A stretch of DNA of 64,000 nucleotides from Flavobacteriales bacterium (lineage in GTDB: Bacteria; Bacteroidota; Bacteroidia; Flavobacteriales_G; Salibacteraceae), in assembly GCA_013204105.1 (NCBI GenBank), contig JABMOM010000002.1, forward strand, positions 562 through 64,561, given 5' to 3'. Shown in pieces: positions 10,144 to 20,779 of this stretch. The position numbers were made by a program, and so were the translations under genes. Every line of letters starts with the position of its first letter. The first letter of the stretch is position 1. Under the pieces are notes generated by a model. It saw only the letters and a program-made list of their open reading frames with translations, did not search any database and had not been told where the DNA came from.

Positions 10144-10919
10144 CAGGATGTCGTGTTGTTGCGTTTGCGCCATACATATAGTCCAATCATGGCAGTAATC
10201 AGGATCATGGAAATGAATTGAGAGTGCGTGACCCATCCATCGATGACGAAGCCGCGCGCTTCATCCCCCCTAAAAACTTCGATGAACGAGCGCCCGATAG
10301 AGTACAATATCACGTAGATGATGAAGATTTGTCCGTCGAACTGTTTCCTCTTTCTGTAAAAGAAAAGCGTTAAAAAAATGACAGTAAGCATCAGAAAGGC
10401 ATAAAGCTGCGTGGGATGCAATGCAACACCCAAAGGCTCGGCTTGCGATTGAGGGTCGGTGAAGGTCACTCCCCAAGCTACTTCCGTTGACACTCCGTGA
10501 CAGCAACCTGCAAAGAAACATCCGAGCCTACCGAAGGCATGCACGATCAAGGTTGTGAATGCCAGCAGGTCCAGCATGCCCCAAACATTCCATTTATTGC
10601 GAATGAAGAACCAAATCGTGGTGGGAACGGCAAAGAGCAGCGACCCAAAGAAAACAAATCCATTGCCGATGTCTTCCAGCATCTTGGCGGGATCCTTCAT
10701 ATACATCTGGGGATCCTCTAAATAGAAAAAGACCTTGCCTCCCACAAAAGCCGTGATGAAAATCCACACGAGCAAGGAACTGATCTTATCTGGATCGATG
10801 TTGTAGTGATTCTTGGCCTGGCTAGAAAGGAAAAGGTAGGCCAATGTTGCACCGACTACGATCATAAAACCGTAGGTGTAAATCGTAAAGTCGCCTATCT
10901 CTATGAGCCTTGGATGCAT
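10143..10919 (-). CDS. lgt: prolipoprotein diacylglyceryl transferase
   Basis: Polytopic membrane protein. Has IYTYGFMIVVGATLAYL and GRLGCFFAGCCHG motifs. Confidence 0.85.
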   Translation of the reverse strand: MHPRLIEIGDFTIYTYGFMIVVGATLAYLFLSSQAKNHYNIDPDKISSLLVWIFITAFVGGKVFFYLEDPQMYMKDPAKMLEDIGNGFVFFGSLLFAVPTTIWFFIRNKWNVWGMLDLLAFTTLIVHAFGRLGCFFAGCCHGVSTEVAWGVTFTDPQSQAEPLGVALHPTQLYAFLMLTVIFLTLFFYRKRKQFDGQIFIIYVILYSIGRSFIEVFRGDEARGFVIDGWVTHSQFISMILITAMIGLYVWRKRNNTTS

Positions 10920-10945
10920 GCGGATTCAAGATTAGGATTTATTGA

Positions 10946-11752
10946 TCAGTTCTCACATGGTGGATCACCGAGAAAACAACTGGTCTTTACAGAAATCATC
11001 AAATCCGATGGCCCTGTACCGGCAGATGCCTCTTCCTGCACTTCGACCGGTAAGAAGAAGATTTCCTCGCTGTTTACTCTTGCGACGGGAGTGGCACAAT
11101 CAACACTTTTCATCCAATCATCTACCCAATCATCGCTTACTATGTCCTTCCACTTGTACGCTTCTGCCTTCACCCCTTCTTTGACACACTTGATCACTTT
11201 ATCGCTACCATAATCACTGATTGTCAATGCTTTTGCGCTGTTCCACTTCATAGTGGACCAACGCTTGTGTGCCGCAGGTTCCTTCTGTCCAGCAGCCCGC
11301 ATCACATGGGAATACTCCAAATTGAAAACCGGATAACGATGATCCGGGAACTGTATGGAGTAAAAATGCATGTCGGTAGAATACCGGTCTTTTTGCGGGT
11401 CAAAATCCATGATCCCCGCCCTTGCCAAGAGCATTTCTACAATCTGTCGTTCGTTCATCGGGTCAGTAATCTCTACAGCCGGCAAGGCTGCCTTTACGGT
11501 CTCCTCACCAAATCCCATTGCATTCACTCCATGCCCGCACAAAGAATTCAGCTGTTTGAGCAGTAATGAATCCTCGTGCTCACCCCAATGCGGGTGCTGC
11601 ACCGCTTGAAAATGAAGCACCGTGGTGCCCTCGGGCGTTGTTCGTTCGTACACCACGGCATCCAAGAAATAATGATAGTCTAGGTGGGAGGCCCCAATGA
11701 CCTGTTCGAATGTTCCGATCAGCAAGAAAAATGTCCATCCAAATTTTAGCAT
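10946..11752 (-). CDS. hypothetical protein with hydrophobic N-terminus
   Basis: 268-aa ORF with no competing frame and no motif I recognise. Confidence 0.5.
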   Translation of the reverse strand: MLKFGWTFFLLIGTFEQVIGASHLDYHYFLDAVVYERTTPEGTTVLHFQAVQHPHWGEHEDSLLLKQLNSLCGHGVNAMGFGEETVKAALPAVEITDPMNERQIVEMLLARAGIMDFDPQKDRYSTDMHFYSIQFPDHRYPVFNLEYSHVMRAAGQKEPAAHKRWSTMKWNSAKALTISDYGSDKVIKCVKEGVKAEAYKWKDIVSDDWVDDWMKSVDCATPVARVNSEEIFFLPVEVQEEASAGTGPSDLMISVKTSCFLGDPPCEN

Positions 11753-11816
11753 CGGATAAATGTAACATCTACCTACCCAACCCGTAGGAACGAAAGTCGA
11801 TTATCTTAGCAACGAA

Positions 11817-13043
11817 ATGTTCCGACTGACCCTGAACCTCTCGCTCTCGATTTTACTCCTTCTTCCATCCGTGATGTTGGCGCAAAGAGGCGTGGACAAT
11901 CCCAACCGCATCACGCAGCAAGCGGAGATCGGGCCGCTCGAGGTTATCCGCAATATCGACCTACTGCTCGGGGCTACCAAGATCGAGGCTACGCAAGCTG
12001 GCCGAGGAAAGGCGCTCAACGACAAAGTGAACATTGCCAAGAGTTTCGTGCATGCCAGTCAGATCGAAAAGGCCAGGCTATCCTATGAAGAAGCGGTATA
12101 TGTCGCTTGGAACCGCGGGGAGCAAGTTTCCCTTATCGCCGCCATCAACGACGAATTAGATCGAATTGATCGCGCCTTGATCACCGAAACCCGTCCTGAG
12201 GGGCTTGACGAGAATTTCCAACCTGTCGACCCAGAAGAGGAACCAGAACGCGCTCCGTTGAAGCCGATGGACAAATACACTGCAGGGAATAAAATCGACG
12301 AAGCACTATCCTTCTTGTATACCGACATTCTCAAGGAAGATGCAAAGAGGCTGACACTCAAAGGGCGCTTGGCAGATTGCCGACACCTGGTGGAAATGGA
12401 GCTTTTTACCGAGGCGCAGGAGGCATACCACGCCGCGATCATTGAGCATCTGGATCCGCGCTGGACGAGTCAGCTATTGGAAGAAATCAACGCTGTTTTA
12501 AATGTAACAGTCGCCACTAAAACCGACTCTGAGCTCAATCCTAATCTCATTTTAACCAAGGCCAGGTGCAAAGAAGAAGTAAATGTTTTGCTCAAACCGC
12601 TGGTGAATCGCTTTGGTGAAAATGCCGTTTTCAAGCGAGGGATTGATTCAATCCACTACTTCATCGATCAAGGAAAGCGAGACGAAGCCATGGACGCCTT
12701 TCGTTCAACTTTGGCGAATTTCGCCCCCTCCGTTTGGACGGACCACAACAGCATGCGCTTCAAGGCAGTAATGGAACATACACCTACTATGAACATAGAG
12801 CAAAAGGAGGAAATCATCATTCCAGAAGGCGAGTTTCCTCCTATTCTCTACTTCATTGATAAAGTAGAAGGACGATCCGTTGAACGTTTGCGCATCCTTG
12901 AAGACAATGAGCTGAAGACCTACAAGAAGGTTACACACAATTGGGGAGGTGTCTTTTACTTCGTCAACGAAGATCCAACGAAGGATACGGAATGGCTGCG
13001 CGTATGGAAGCTTTATCAGTCTCAGCAGGGAATAGAAAACTAA
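11817..13043 (+). CDS. hypothetical secreted, largely helical protein
   Basis: Signal peptide LSILLLLPSVMLAQ; 408 aa; no recognisable catalytic motif. Confidence 0.5.
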   Translation: MFRLTLNLSLSILLLLPSVMLAQRGVDNPNRITQQAEIGPLEVIRNIDLLLGATKIEATQAGRGKALNDKVNIAKSFVHASQIEKARLSYEEAVYVAWNRGEQVSLIAAINDELDRIDRALITETRPEGLDENFQPVDPEEEPERAPLKPMDKYTAGNKIDEALSFLYTDILKEDAKRLTLKGRLADCRHLVEMELFTEAQEAYHAAIIEHLDPRWTSQLLEEINAVLNVTVATKTDSELNPNLILTKARCKEEVNVLLKPLVNRFGENAVFKRGIDSIHYFIDQGKRDEAMDAFRSTLANFAPSVWTDHNSMRFKAVMEHTPTMNIEQKEEIIIPEGEFPPILYFIDKVEGRSVERLRILEDNELKTYKKVTHNWGGVFYFVNEDPTKDTEWLRVWKLYQSQQGIEN

Positions 13044-13450
13044 GCCTTGCGTTCGCTTTCTATATCGATGATTGCCGCCTCAAACAAGCATTGACGTATA
13101 GCGTCAATAGGGGCTTTCTTCCAATCCTTCACCTCCACATAACACACGAATTTTCGTTCACCTCGCCGCAGAATTCCATGCTCATCGCTCAGCAAATTTC
13201 CTTGCATAAACCCGAGGCGTACGCCTTCATAGCTGCGTTTGCTCCCCCAGGCCACCGCGCCTGGCCAAATGAAACATATTCCGCGTCGCAGGCGATAGAA
13301 TGGCACGTTGTAAGAAAGCCTTTCCTCTACATTTGGAATGCACTCAATTATGAGGCTCCGCAAGCGCTCGGTCATGAGCAATTCATCCTCCGGAAGAAAA
13401 TCTAGCATCTCTTCAACGGATTGGAATTTTATGGGTTGCATTTTCGGCAT
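13040..13450 (-). CDS. DUF1801 (YdhG-like) domain protein
   Basis: FQSVEEMLDFLPEDELLMTERLRSLIIECIPNVEERLSYNVPFY pattern; 136 aa. Its stop overlaps the convergent upstream stop (CTAA at 13040-13043). Confidence 0.65.
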   Translation of the reverse strand: MPKMQPIKFQSVEEMLDFLPEDELLMTERLRSLIIECIPNVEERLSYNVPFYRLRRGICFIWPGAVAWGSKRSYEGVRLGFMQGNLLSDEHGILRRGERKFVCYVEVKDWKKAPIDAIRQCLFEAAIIDIESERKA

Positions 13451-13519
13451 GAAGGAATGGTGTCATTCACTTATTTGGCGGCAGAGGAAAGCAAACATTC
13501 GATGCGCTGTCTTCGCGTT

Positions 13520-14158
13520 TTAATCCTTCACGGACCATCCGTTCTCCTCATCGTAGGTCGGCAACTTGATCCCAAATCGATACGTAAGGTGGCGGATGAG
13601 GAAGATGACTACAATGGTGAGCGGAATATTGATTTCTTCAGGAACCGAAAAGGCTCTCAAAATAAAGAAGAGCAATCCCCCACTGGCTCCAGCAAGAGCG
13701 TAAATCTCCTTACGCGTCAAAAGCATTGGTTTATCTCCCGTGATCAAATCCCGAATAAGACCGCCAAATGTTGCCGAGATGGTGCCGAGCGAAATGCACA
13801 TGAAAATGCTGTAGTCGTGTTCTAGCCCTTTCTGTATACCCGCCATGGTAAAGAGTCCCAATCCAGCAGCATCGAAGAGGTATACGAAATAGCTCAATCG
13901 ATTCATGTAAGGATTGAGTATGATCGCAGAGACGGCGCCTACAATGATGGTAATGATCAGCGCGTTGTTGCCCATCCATTCTACGGGTGTATCGCCGATG
14001 AGCACATCGCGCAGGGTGCCTCCTCCGATTGCAGTGACAAAAGCCAAGACAAAAACTCCGAATAAATCAAAGCGTTTCTTGATGGCCAATGTGGCACCAG
14101 AAATCGCGAAGGCAAGCGTTCCGAGGGTGTCGAGAATGGAGAAAACAGAAATTTCCAC
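13520..14158 (-). CDS. trimeric intracellular cation channel family protein (UPF0126 / YadS-like)
   Basis: DTLGTLAFAISGATLAIKKRFDLFGVFVLAFVTAIGGGTLRD, with a second internal repeat containing GGLIRD. Confidence 0.78.
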   Translation of the reverse strand: MEISVFSILDTLGTLAFAISGATLAIKKRFDLFGVFVLAFVTAIGGGTLRDVLIGDTPVEWMGNNALIITIIVGAVSAIILNPYMNRLSYFVYLFDAAGLGLFTMAGIQKGLEHDYSIFMCISLGTISATFGGLIRDLITGDKPMLLTRKEIYALAGASGGLLFFILRAFSVPEEINIPLTIVVIFLIRHLTYRFGIKLPTYDEENGWSVKD

Positions 14159-14180
14159 AGGTCAAAGGTAGAAGGGTCTT

Positions 14181-15755
14181 CTAAAACACAGTCAAGCGCT
14201 GCATCTTGGTTCCAGCAGCTGTCTTCACCTCTACAAGGTAAATTCCGTTGGCAAGACCAGAAACGTCCATCACGGAAGCGTTGCTGCTAATCGCGTGACT
14301 AGCAACCTGCACCATCGTTCCAGAAACCGACATCAATCGAATCGCTTCGATGGCCGCGGTAGCTCTCACTTGAACCGCATCTTGCGCCGGGTTTGGATAA
14401 ACCGTCACGCCAAAATCAAGTGGATGCTCGGAGATACCCGTTGGCCAATTGCTAAGACCTACGTCCTGAATGGTCACTTCGCCATTTTGAAGGACTACCC
14501 CTGTGACGATGGTCTCAAAGTAACCGTCAGCGCTTACACGCAGGCTGTAGGTACCTGAATCAATGACTGACGTAGCGTAGTTTCCAATGATGTCTCCATC
14601 TACCACCAAAGAATCCTCAATGATTTCGATGGTCGGGAAGAAAATCTCGTCGCCTGTATGGATGTCATACACTGAACCTTCCAAGTAGCATCCGTGCAAG
14701 TAGGTGGGCTTTAATACATACAATCCCATTTCAATATCCGAGATGAGCAACTTGCCAGAAGGCAACCAAGGGTAAGCGCCCCATGCACCGTGGTATCCGT
14801 CGCCATTGTAGTTGGGAGAAGTATCGTACCGACCTACTTCCAACATATTATTTGGTCGCAAGACGCTGAGAATGCTCACGCCAATCGTGTAATGAGACGT
14901 GATGAGAAAGTCATTCATGAAGTGCGTATTGTGCGGGATTACGTCTTCTTCAAGCGGTTCCCATACGTCGATCTCTGTTGGATTCATGACATCCGATACA
15001 TCATAGGCACCAATACTTCCGTCGGTTACTTCGTCAGTGGTAAATATGTAGTTGTTGTCGTCCGAAAACCAAAGATTATGCGTGAAAGCGTTGGGTGTCT
15101 TCCAAGAAGAAATCAGCACTGGGTTTTCTTTATCACTAACGTCAATCACCTGTGCATCGCCAATGAAGATCGCTCCGCCCCACATCGTATCTCCGCGCAC
15201 CACTCCGTCGTGCAAGTAGTGCTCATCGTACTTACCCAATTCCACAGGAACCATTGGATCATCGTTTAGGTCGAGGAAAATCGCACCACCGGCAGAATGG
15301 TTGGCACCAAAGATGTACGCGATACCATTTTCGTCGATGTAAATGTTGTGCGCACTTTGAAAATCGAAGGTGTCGCCAACCCAGTATGTATAAGGCAAAG
15401 ATGTGCTCTGGGGCAGCGGAGAAAGATCGATGATCAACAGTCCGTTGCCGCAATTGTCACAAACGACATACGCGTGATCATTCCACACTTTGATATCTCT
15501 CCAGACGGTCCAATTCCCGTTGAACTCACCCACTGAATTCAGGTTAGCGGTATCGGTGACATCGATGATCGACACACCGGCATTTCTACCTACGATTGCA
15601 TACTCATTGCCTTCTTCATCTACGTATCCCCAAACATCACTCAATTCTTGCGTGAAAGGGAGGTGCGCCATGAACTCGATATTGAAGTCATCAACGGTCT
15701 GGGCCTTCGCGGACACTAGGATCAAGCAAAGGAATGGGAGTATCAGTTTTTTCAT
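14181..15755 (-). CDS. choice-of-anchor B / LVIVD-repeat protein with T9SS C-terminal sorting domain
   Basis: Signal peptide; SDVWGYVDEEGNEYAIVG...WRDIKVWNDHAYVV...GLLIIDLS. The C-terminus is VYPNPAQDAVQV...GIYLVEVKTAAGTKMQRLTVF. Confidence 0.72.
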   Translation of the reverse strand: MKKLILPFLCLILVSAKAQTVDDFNIEFMAHLPFTQELSDVWGYVDEEGNEYAIVGRNAGVSIIDVTDTANLNSVGEFNGNWTVWRDIKVWNDHAYVVCDNCGNGLLIIDLSPLPQSTSLPYTYWVGDTFDFQSAHNIYIDENGIAYIFGANHSAGGAIFLDLNDDPMVPVELGKYDEHYLHDGVVRGDTMWGGAIFIGDAQVIDVSDKENPVLISSWKTPNAFTHNLWFSDDNNYIFTTDEVTDGSIGAYDVSDVMNPTEIDVWEPLEEDVIPHNTHFMNDFLITSHYTIGVSILSVLRPNNMLEVGRYDTSPNYNGDGYHGAWGAYPWLPSGKLLISDIEMGLYVLKPTYLHGCYLEGSVYDIHTGDEIFFPTIEIIEDSLVVDGDIIGNYATSVIDSGTYSLRVSADGYFETIVTGVVLQNGEVTIQDVGLSNWPTGISEHPLDFGVTVYPNPAQDAVQVRATAAIEAIRLMSVSGTMVQVASHAISSNASVMDVSGLANGIYLVEVKTAAGTKMQRLTVF

Positions 15756-15788
15756 GTATGCTAATTAGGGTTGCAAATAAACACAAGA

Positions 15789-18716
15789 TCAGAGCTCAAG
15801 CGTAATCTGTGAGCCAGCTCCAAAGGTATCATTGTCGTCATCCTTGGAAGGCTTCTTTGGGTCATCCGCTGGTCTTTGTCCTTTTCCATCGGGCGCTTTT
15901 GGCTCCGTTGACTCCTGCTTGTCCTTTTCTTCAGACGCAGATTTTGAAGGTTTAGATGGGGTCGATGCTGACGATTCTTCCTTTTTGCCCTCTGTCTTTT
16001 CCGGCTCGGCCTCAGCTGGCTTCGTCTCAGGGGACTTCTCTTTCACTTTTTCATCCTCTTTCTCAGCCGCACCTTCTTCGTGATCGTCCATTCCCGAGGT
16101 ATCTTCTTCGCTCATACTCTCTGAGCCTTCGTCATCACTCCCCTGGGGCTCAGGGTCATCATCGGGCTCTTCTTTGGAAAGATCATCTTCATAGGGAAGT
16201 GACTCCATCGGATCGATCGACTTCAGTTTATACTTGGTCAGTCGGTTGCCCAAAGCCTTCACTCCTTTTAGATTGATAAAGTCCACCAATTCGACGATTT
16301 CATCCTCTCTTTGATTGCTACGCTGGTCAAACTTGAGCGCAACGCGGGGTAACCAATCTGCAGACACGAATTCCAATCGCGCTCCCTCTTCTTCCGAGGT
16401 GAAATTCACGGGCCTATCGCTCTCCTCTGCAAGGAAGCGCTTTACGTATAGGTTGTCCTTTTCAGGGTTAAAATAAATGGCGCTGATCGGTTTTTCCGGA
16501 TTCCATTTTTCGATCAGGATCATGTCGTCTTCAAACTTCGTGATGAGATCAATGCCTGTCATCCGGTAAGTGCCCGACTGCGCGATGGTCAAGATTCGGT
16601 CTTCGCCTTGGAATGCGCCAAGCAAGCGTCCCCTTCCGTCGTAATTCAAACGCTTTACTGAATCGTCAAACCACACCTTTCGCGCACCCAGTGTGGACAA
16701 TCCTTTCTCTTTCAGTTCAATCTTGTTTACCGCATGTTTCGTCAGGATGTTGCCTTTTGCGTCGCGTCCTTTCACATCAACATCGGCAAAATCAAATTCG
16801 AACTTGAGCTTCTTTAGTTTGGCTTTCGCGCGGTGCACAACGGTCACCACTTCTGCCTCCCCATTAGGGTTAGCGGTCAGGTGGAGGACCTTCGACTTCG
16901 CTGTCCCTTTGGTCAAATCGTATTCCCTATCCCGAATGATCGATGTTACATTGAATCGCTTCACCATGATGTTGCCCCCGGCTCCATCTTGGTAAATCAA
17001 GTTGTAAATCGTTCTAGGGTCATTTTTCTTCCACGTGTTGACATAGCGTATGCCTTTGCCTACGAAAGCCTTATCCGCCATCTTAGTCACGACCAATACG
17101 CCATCCTCTCGAATCACGATGATGTCGTCGATGTCCGAAGCATCCTTGACGAATTCAGAAGCCGTGCGCTTCAAGCCATTCCCAACAAAGCCTTCCTCTC
17201 GATCAACATAGAGCTTAACGTTGTTGGCAGCCACCAAGGTGGTATTGATCTGTTCGATCTGGCGGATCTCTGTTTTACGTTCTTTACCTGTTGCGTATTT
17301 CTTCTTGAGCTCCTTGAAATAAGCAATGGCGTACTCCACCAAGTTTTCGAGGTGGTGCTTCACCTCTGCAATATCCTCTTCTAATCTGGCGACTAATTCA
17401 TCTGCTTTGAAGGAATCAAATTTTGAAATACGCTTGATGCGGATCTCGGTCAAGCGCGTGACGTCTTCATCTGTCACTTCTCGGATGAGGTGCTTCGTAT
17501 GTGGCTTCAGTCCCTTGTGTATGGTCTCGAGGATATCTTCCCAAGTCTCACATTCTTCAATGTCGCGATATACGCGATTCTCGATGAAAATCTTTTCCAG
17601 AGACGCGAAATGCCATTGTTCCTCCAATTCGCGCTTCTTGATCTCCAACTCCAACTTCAGCAGCTCCTTTGTTTGCTCCGCACTTTCAGTCAGCATGTCG
17701 CTAACCCCTATGAATCGCGGTTTATCATTTTGGATGACTACGGCGTTAGGGCTAATGGACACTTCACAATCCGAAAAGGCATAGAGTGCGTCAATCGTTT
17801 TCTCAGGTGAGACATTAGCACCGAGATGCACTAAGATTTCAACAAACTCAGAGGTGTTGTCTTCTACTTTTTTAACCTTGATTTTCCCTTTATCATTGGC
17901 TTTCAGGATGCTCTCAATGACCGAAGATGTGGTGGTTGAAAACGGAATCTCACTGATGCGCAAGGTGCTTTTATCGTCAATATGGATACGCGCGCGCACT
18001 TTGATCCTTCCACCACGCAATCCGTCATTGTACTCGGAGAAATCCGCCATGCCTCCTGTCGGAAAGTCGGGGAATATTTTCACCTTCTTGCCCTTTAGGT
18101 TGCTGATGCAGCCATCGATGATTTCGATGAAGTTGTGCGGCAACATCTTACATGCCAATCCAACAGCAATGCCTTCAGCGCCAGATGCAAGGAGCATCGG
18201 AAATTTCACTGGAAGCGTGAGGGGTTCTTTGTTACGGCCATCGTAGCTCAATTGCCATTGGGTCGTCTTTGCGTTGAAGAGCACTTCCAAGGCGAACTTG
18301 GTCAAACGCGCCTCAATGTATCGAGCCGCCGCTGCGCTATCGCCAGTAAGAATGTTTCCCCAGTTTCCTTGGCAATCGATGAGCAGGTCTTTCTGTCCAA
18401 TCTGCACCAATGCATCTCCAATAGAAGCATCTCCATGCGGGTGGTACTTCATGGTGTTGCCGATGATGTTCGCCACCTTGTGGTAACGACTATCGTCCAT
18501 TTCCTTCATAGAGTGAAGGATGCGGCGCTGAACAGGCTTGAATCCATCGTGCAAGTGAGGAACAGCACGCTCCAAGATCACGTACGAAGCGTAATCAAGG
18601 AACCATTCCTTGTACATTCCGCTGACATGGATGACCTTTTCTAGCTCTTCACCCTGTTCTTCCTGATCGGAAAATTCTTCGTCTCTTTCTTCGAGTTCTT
18701 CGTTCTCCTCGCTCAT
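15789..18716 (-). CDS. parC: DNA topoisomerase IV subunit A, with acidic N-terminal extension and long low-complexity C-terminal tail
   Basis: GFKPVQRRILH, HPHGD and the active-site region AAARYIEARL. It lies directly downstream of parE. The last ~136 aa are E/D/K/P/S-rich. Confidence 0.85.
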   Translation of the reverse strand: MSEENEELEERDEEFSDQEEQGEELEKVIHVSGMYKEWFLDYASYVILERAVPHLHDGFKPVQRRILHSMKEMDDSRYHKVANIIGNTMKYHPHGDASIGDALVQIGQKDLLIDCQGNWGNILTGDSAAAARYIEARLTKFALEVLFNAKTTQWQLSYDGRNKEPLTLPVKFPMLLASGAEGIAVGLACKMLPHNFIEIIDGCISNLKGKKVKIFPDFPTGGMADFSEYNDGLRGGRIKVRARIHIDDKSTLRISEIPFSTTTSSVIESILKANDKGKIKVKKVEDNTSEFVEILVHLGANVSPEKTIDALYAFSDCEVSISPNAVVIQNDKPRFIGVSDMLTESAEQTKELLKLELEIKKRELEEQWHFASLEKIFIENRVYRDIEECETWEDILETIHKGLKPHTKHLIREVTDEDVTRLTEIRIKRISKFDSFKADELVARLEEDIAEVKHHLENLVEYAIAYFKELKKKYATGKERKTEIRQIEQINTTLVAANNVKLYVDREEGFVGNGLKRTASEFVKDASDIDDIIVIREDGVLVVTKMADKAFVGKGIRYVNTWKKNDPRTIYNLIYQDGAGGNIMVKRFNVTSIIRDREYDLTKGTAKSKVLHLTANPNGEAEVVTVVHRAKAKLKKLKFEFDFADVDVKGRDAKGNILTKHAVNKIELKEKGLSTLGARKVWFDDSVKRLNYDGRGRLLGAFQGEDRILTIAQSGTYRMTGIDLITKFEDDMILIEKWNPEKPISAIYFNPEKDNLYVKRFLAEESDRPVNFTSEEEGARLEFVSADWLPRVALKFDQRSNQREDEIVELVDFINLKGVKALGNRLTKYKLKSIDPMESLPYEDDLSKEEPDDDPEPQGSDDEGSESMSEEDTSGMDDHEEGAAEKEDEKVKEKSPETKPAEAEPEKTEGKKEESSASTPSKPSKSASEEKDKQESTEPKAPDGKGQRPADDPKKPSKDDDNDTFGAGSQITLEL

Positions 18717-18747
18717 TTATTCAGCTTCCGCTTTTGTATTGACCGGT

Positions 18748-20595
18748 CTATGCTGCGAGCTGATCCGGTGTGTCTTTTTCAACTTTAAGGTTGTCAATGA
18801 TGAATTCTTGACGGGTCGGTGTGTTTTTCCCCATGTAGAAGGACAACAATTCCTTGAGGGCTGCATCTTGGCCAATGACCACTGGATCTAGACGAATGTC
18901 TTTTCCAATGAAATGCTTGAACTCGTCCGGAGAAATCTCACCTAAGCCCTTGAATCGGGTGATCTCTGGGTTCTTCCCAAGTTTATCCATGGCCTGACGG
19001 CGCTCTTCTTCGGAATAACAATAAATCGTTTCCTTTTTATTCCTGACCCGGAAGAGCGGCGTCTGCAAAACATACATATGCCCTTGCTTGACGATTTCAG
19101 GAAAGAATTGGAGGAAAAAGGTGATCAACAACAAACGGATGTGCATACCATCCACGTCCGCATCAGTAGCGATGATTACATTGTTGTACCGCAGGTTCTC
19201 AATGCCGTCCTCGATGTTAAGCGCTGCCTGCAATAGGTTGAACTCCTCGTTTTCGTAAACGATCTTCTTTGACAGGCCATAAGTATTAAGAGGCTTACCC
19301 TTCAGCGAGAATACCGCTTGGGTATTCACATCTCGAATCTTGGTAATAGACCCCGAGGCGGAGTCTCCCTCGCAGATGAAGATCGAAGATTCGATGCTGC
19401 GCGCATGCTTGTCGTTATGGTGGACGCGGCAATCGCGCAATTTCTTATTGTGCAAGCTGGCTTTCTTAGCACGCTCACGAGCCAGTTTCTTGATGCCGGC
19501 CATGTCCTTCCTTTCCCGCTCACTTTGCAAGATCTTTCGCAACAAAAGCTCGGCCACCGCTGGATGCTTGTGGAGGAAGTTGTCGAGTTCTTTTGAAAGA
19601 AAGTCGTTGATGAAGGAGCGCATGGAGGGACCATCTGGCCCGATATCCTGAGATCCGAGCTTGGTCTTGGTCTGCGATTCGAAGATCGGCTCCATCACCT
19701 TCACGCTGACTGCGGCATGAATGGACGAACGTACATCCTGCAATTCGAATCCTTTGCCATAAAAATCTTTGATCACCCTAGCCAAGCTCTCCCGAAACGC
19801 GACTTGGTGCGTACCTCCCTGAGGAGTGAACTGTCCGTTAACAAAGGAGTAATAATCCTCCCCATACCCTTGTGTGTGGGTGATGGCTACCTCGATATCT
19901 TCCCCTTCCAAGTGGATAATCGGATAAAGGGGTTCTTCATCGATGTTTCGGTCGAGCAAGTCCATCAATCCATTTTCAGACTCGTAGCGCTCTCCGTTGA
20001 AATTGATGACCAATCCACGGTTCAAGTAGCAATAGTTCCAGAGCATTCGATCGACGTGCTCTTGCTTATAGGTAAAGGTCGGGAAAACGGTATCGTCCGG
20101 AATGAAGGTGGTGCGTGTACCTTTTCGAGCCGCGGTCTCTTCAATCGAGTGGTCCTCTTTCAAGTCGCCCCGGCTGAATTCAGCTACTTTGATCTGACCA
20201 TCGCGGACCGACTCGACTTTGAAATAAGCAGAAAGCGCATTGACCGCCTTGGTTCCCACCCCGTTCAGTCCTACAGATTTCTTGAACGCCTTTGAGTCGT
20301 ACTTACCACCCGTGTTGATCTTCGAAACGCAGTCGATGACTTTTCCCAAAGGAATTCCCCTACCGTAGTCGCGTATCTTCACTTCATTGCCCTTGATCGT
20401 AATGTCAATGGTCTTCCCATTGCCCATCACGAATTCGTCGATGGAATTATCGACGATCTCCTTGATAAGTATGTAGATTCCATCGTCCGGACTACTGCCA
20501 TCGCCGAGTTTTCCGATGTACATACCCGGACGCATCCGAATGTGTTCGGACCAATCTAGCGTGCGTATGTTGTCTTCCGTGTATTCTACTGCCAT
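18748..20595 (-). CDS. parE: DNA topoisomerase IV subunit B
   Basis: GHKL ATPase region (VDNSIDE, GLNGVG) and Toprim motif [10 protein letters not shown]. The 615-aa length and adjacency to parC favour ParE over GyrB. Confidence 0.85.
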   Translation of the reverse strand: MAVEYTEDNIRTLDWSEHIRMRPGMYIGKLGDGSSPDDGIYILIKEIVDNSIDEFVMGNGKTIDITIKGNEVKIRDYGRGIPLGKVIDCVSKINTGGKYDSKAFKKSVGLNGVGTKAVNALSAYFKVESVRDGQIKVAEFSRGDLKEDHSIEETAARKGTRTTFIPDDTVFPTFTYKQEHVDRMLWNYCYLNRGLVINFNGERYESENGLMDLLDRNIDEEPLYPIIHLEGEDIEVAITHTQGYGEDYYSFVNGQFTPQGGTHQVAFRESLARVIKDFYGKGFELQDVRSSIHAAVSVKVMEPIFESQTKTKLGSQDIGPDGPSMRSFINDFLSKELDNFLHKHPAVAELLLRKILQSERERKDMAGIKKLARERAKKASLHNKKLRDCRVHHNDKHARSIESSIFICEGDSASGSITKIRDVNTQAVFSLKGKPLNTYGLSKKIVYENEEFNLLQAALNIEDGIENLRYNNVIIATDADVDGMHIRLLLITFFLQFFPEIVKQGHMYVLQTPLFRVRNKKETIYCYSEEERRQAMDKLGKNPEITRFKGLGEISPDEFKHFIGKDIRLDPVVIGQDAALKELLSFYMGKNTPTRQEFIIDNLKVEKDTPDQLAA

Positions 20596-20779
20596 CTTTA
20601 AAAGATTTCGGGTCGTTGCGAATTTAATCAGTCGGTGAGCGGTTTTCTACAGGAAGCCCGTCGTATTATGCACAGTGTTTTTAACAGCTAGTCGTTGATA
20701 GTATTCTCGTTATAAATCACTGCTTTCTTCATCTGTTCCGATCAATACATTTACTTTATAGCATTAAAGAACTTCCAAC

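Noticed and set aside
15832-16276. Plus-strand ORFs 15832..16083 and 15956..16276, antisense to parC.
   Set aside because: They are Ser/Phe/Gly/Leu-rich mirror readings of the GAA/GAT/AAG-rich ParC tail codons. The ParC frame is continuous with the conserved enzyme body.
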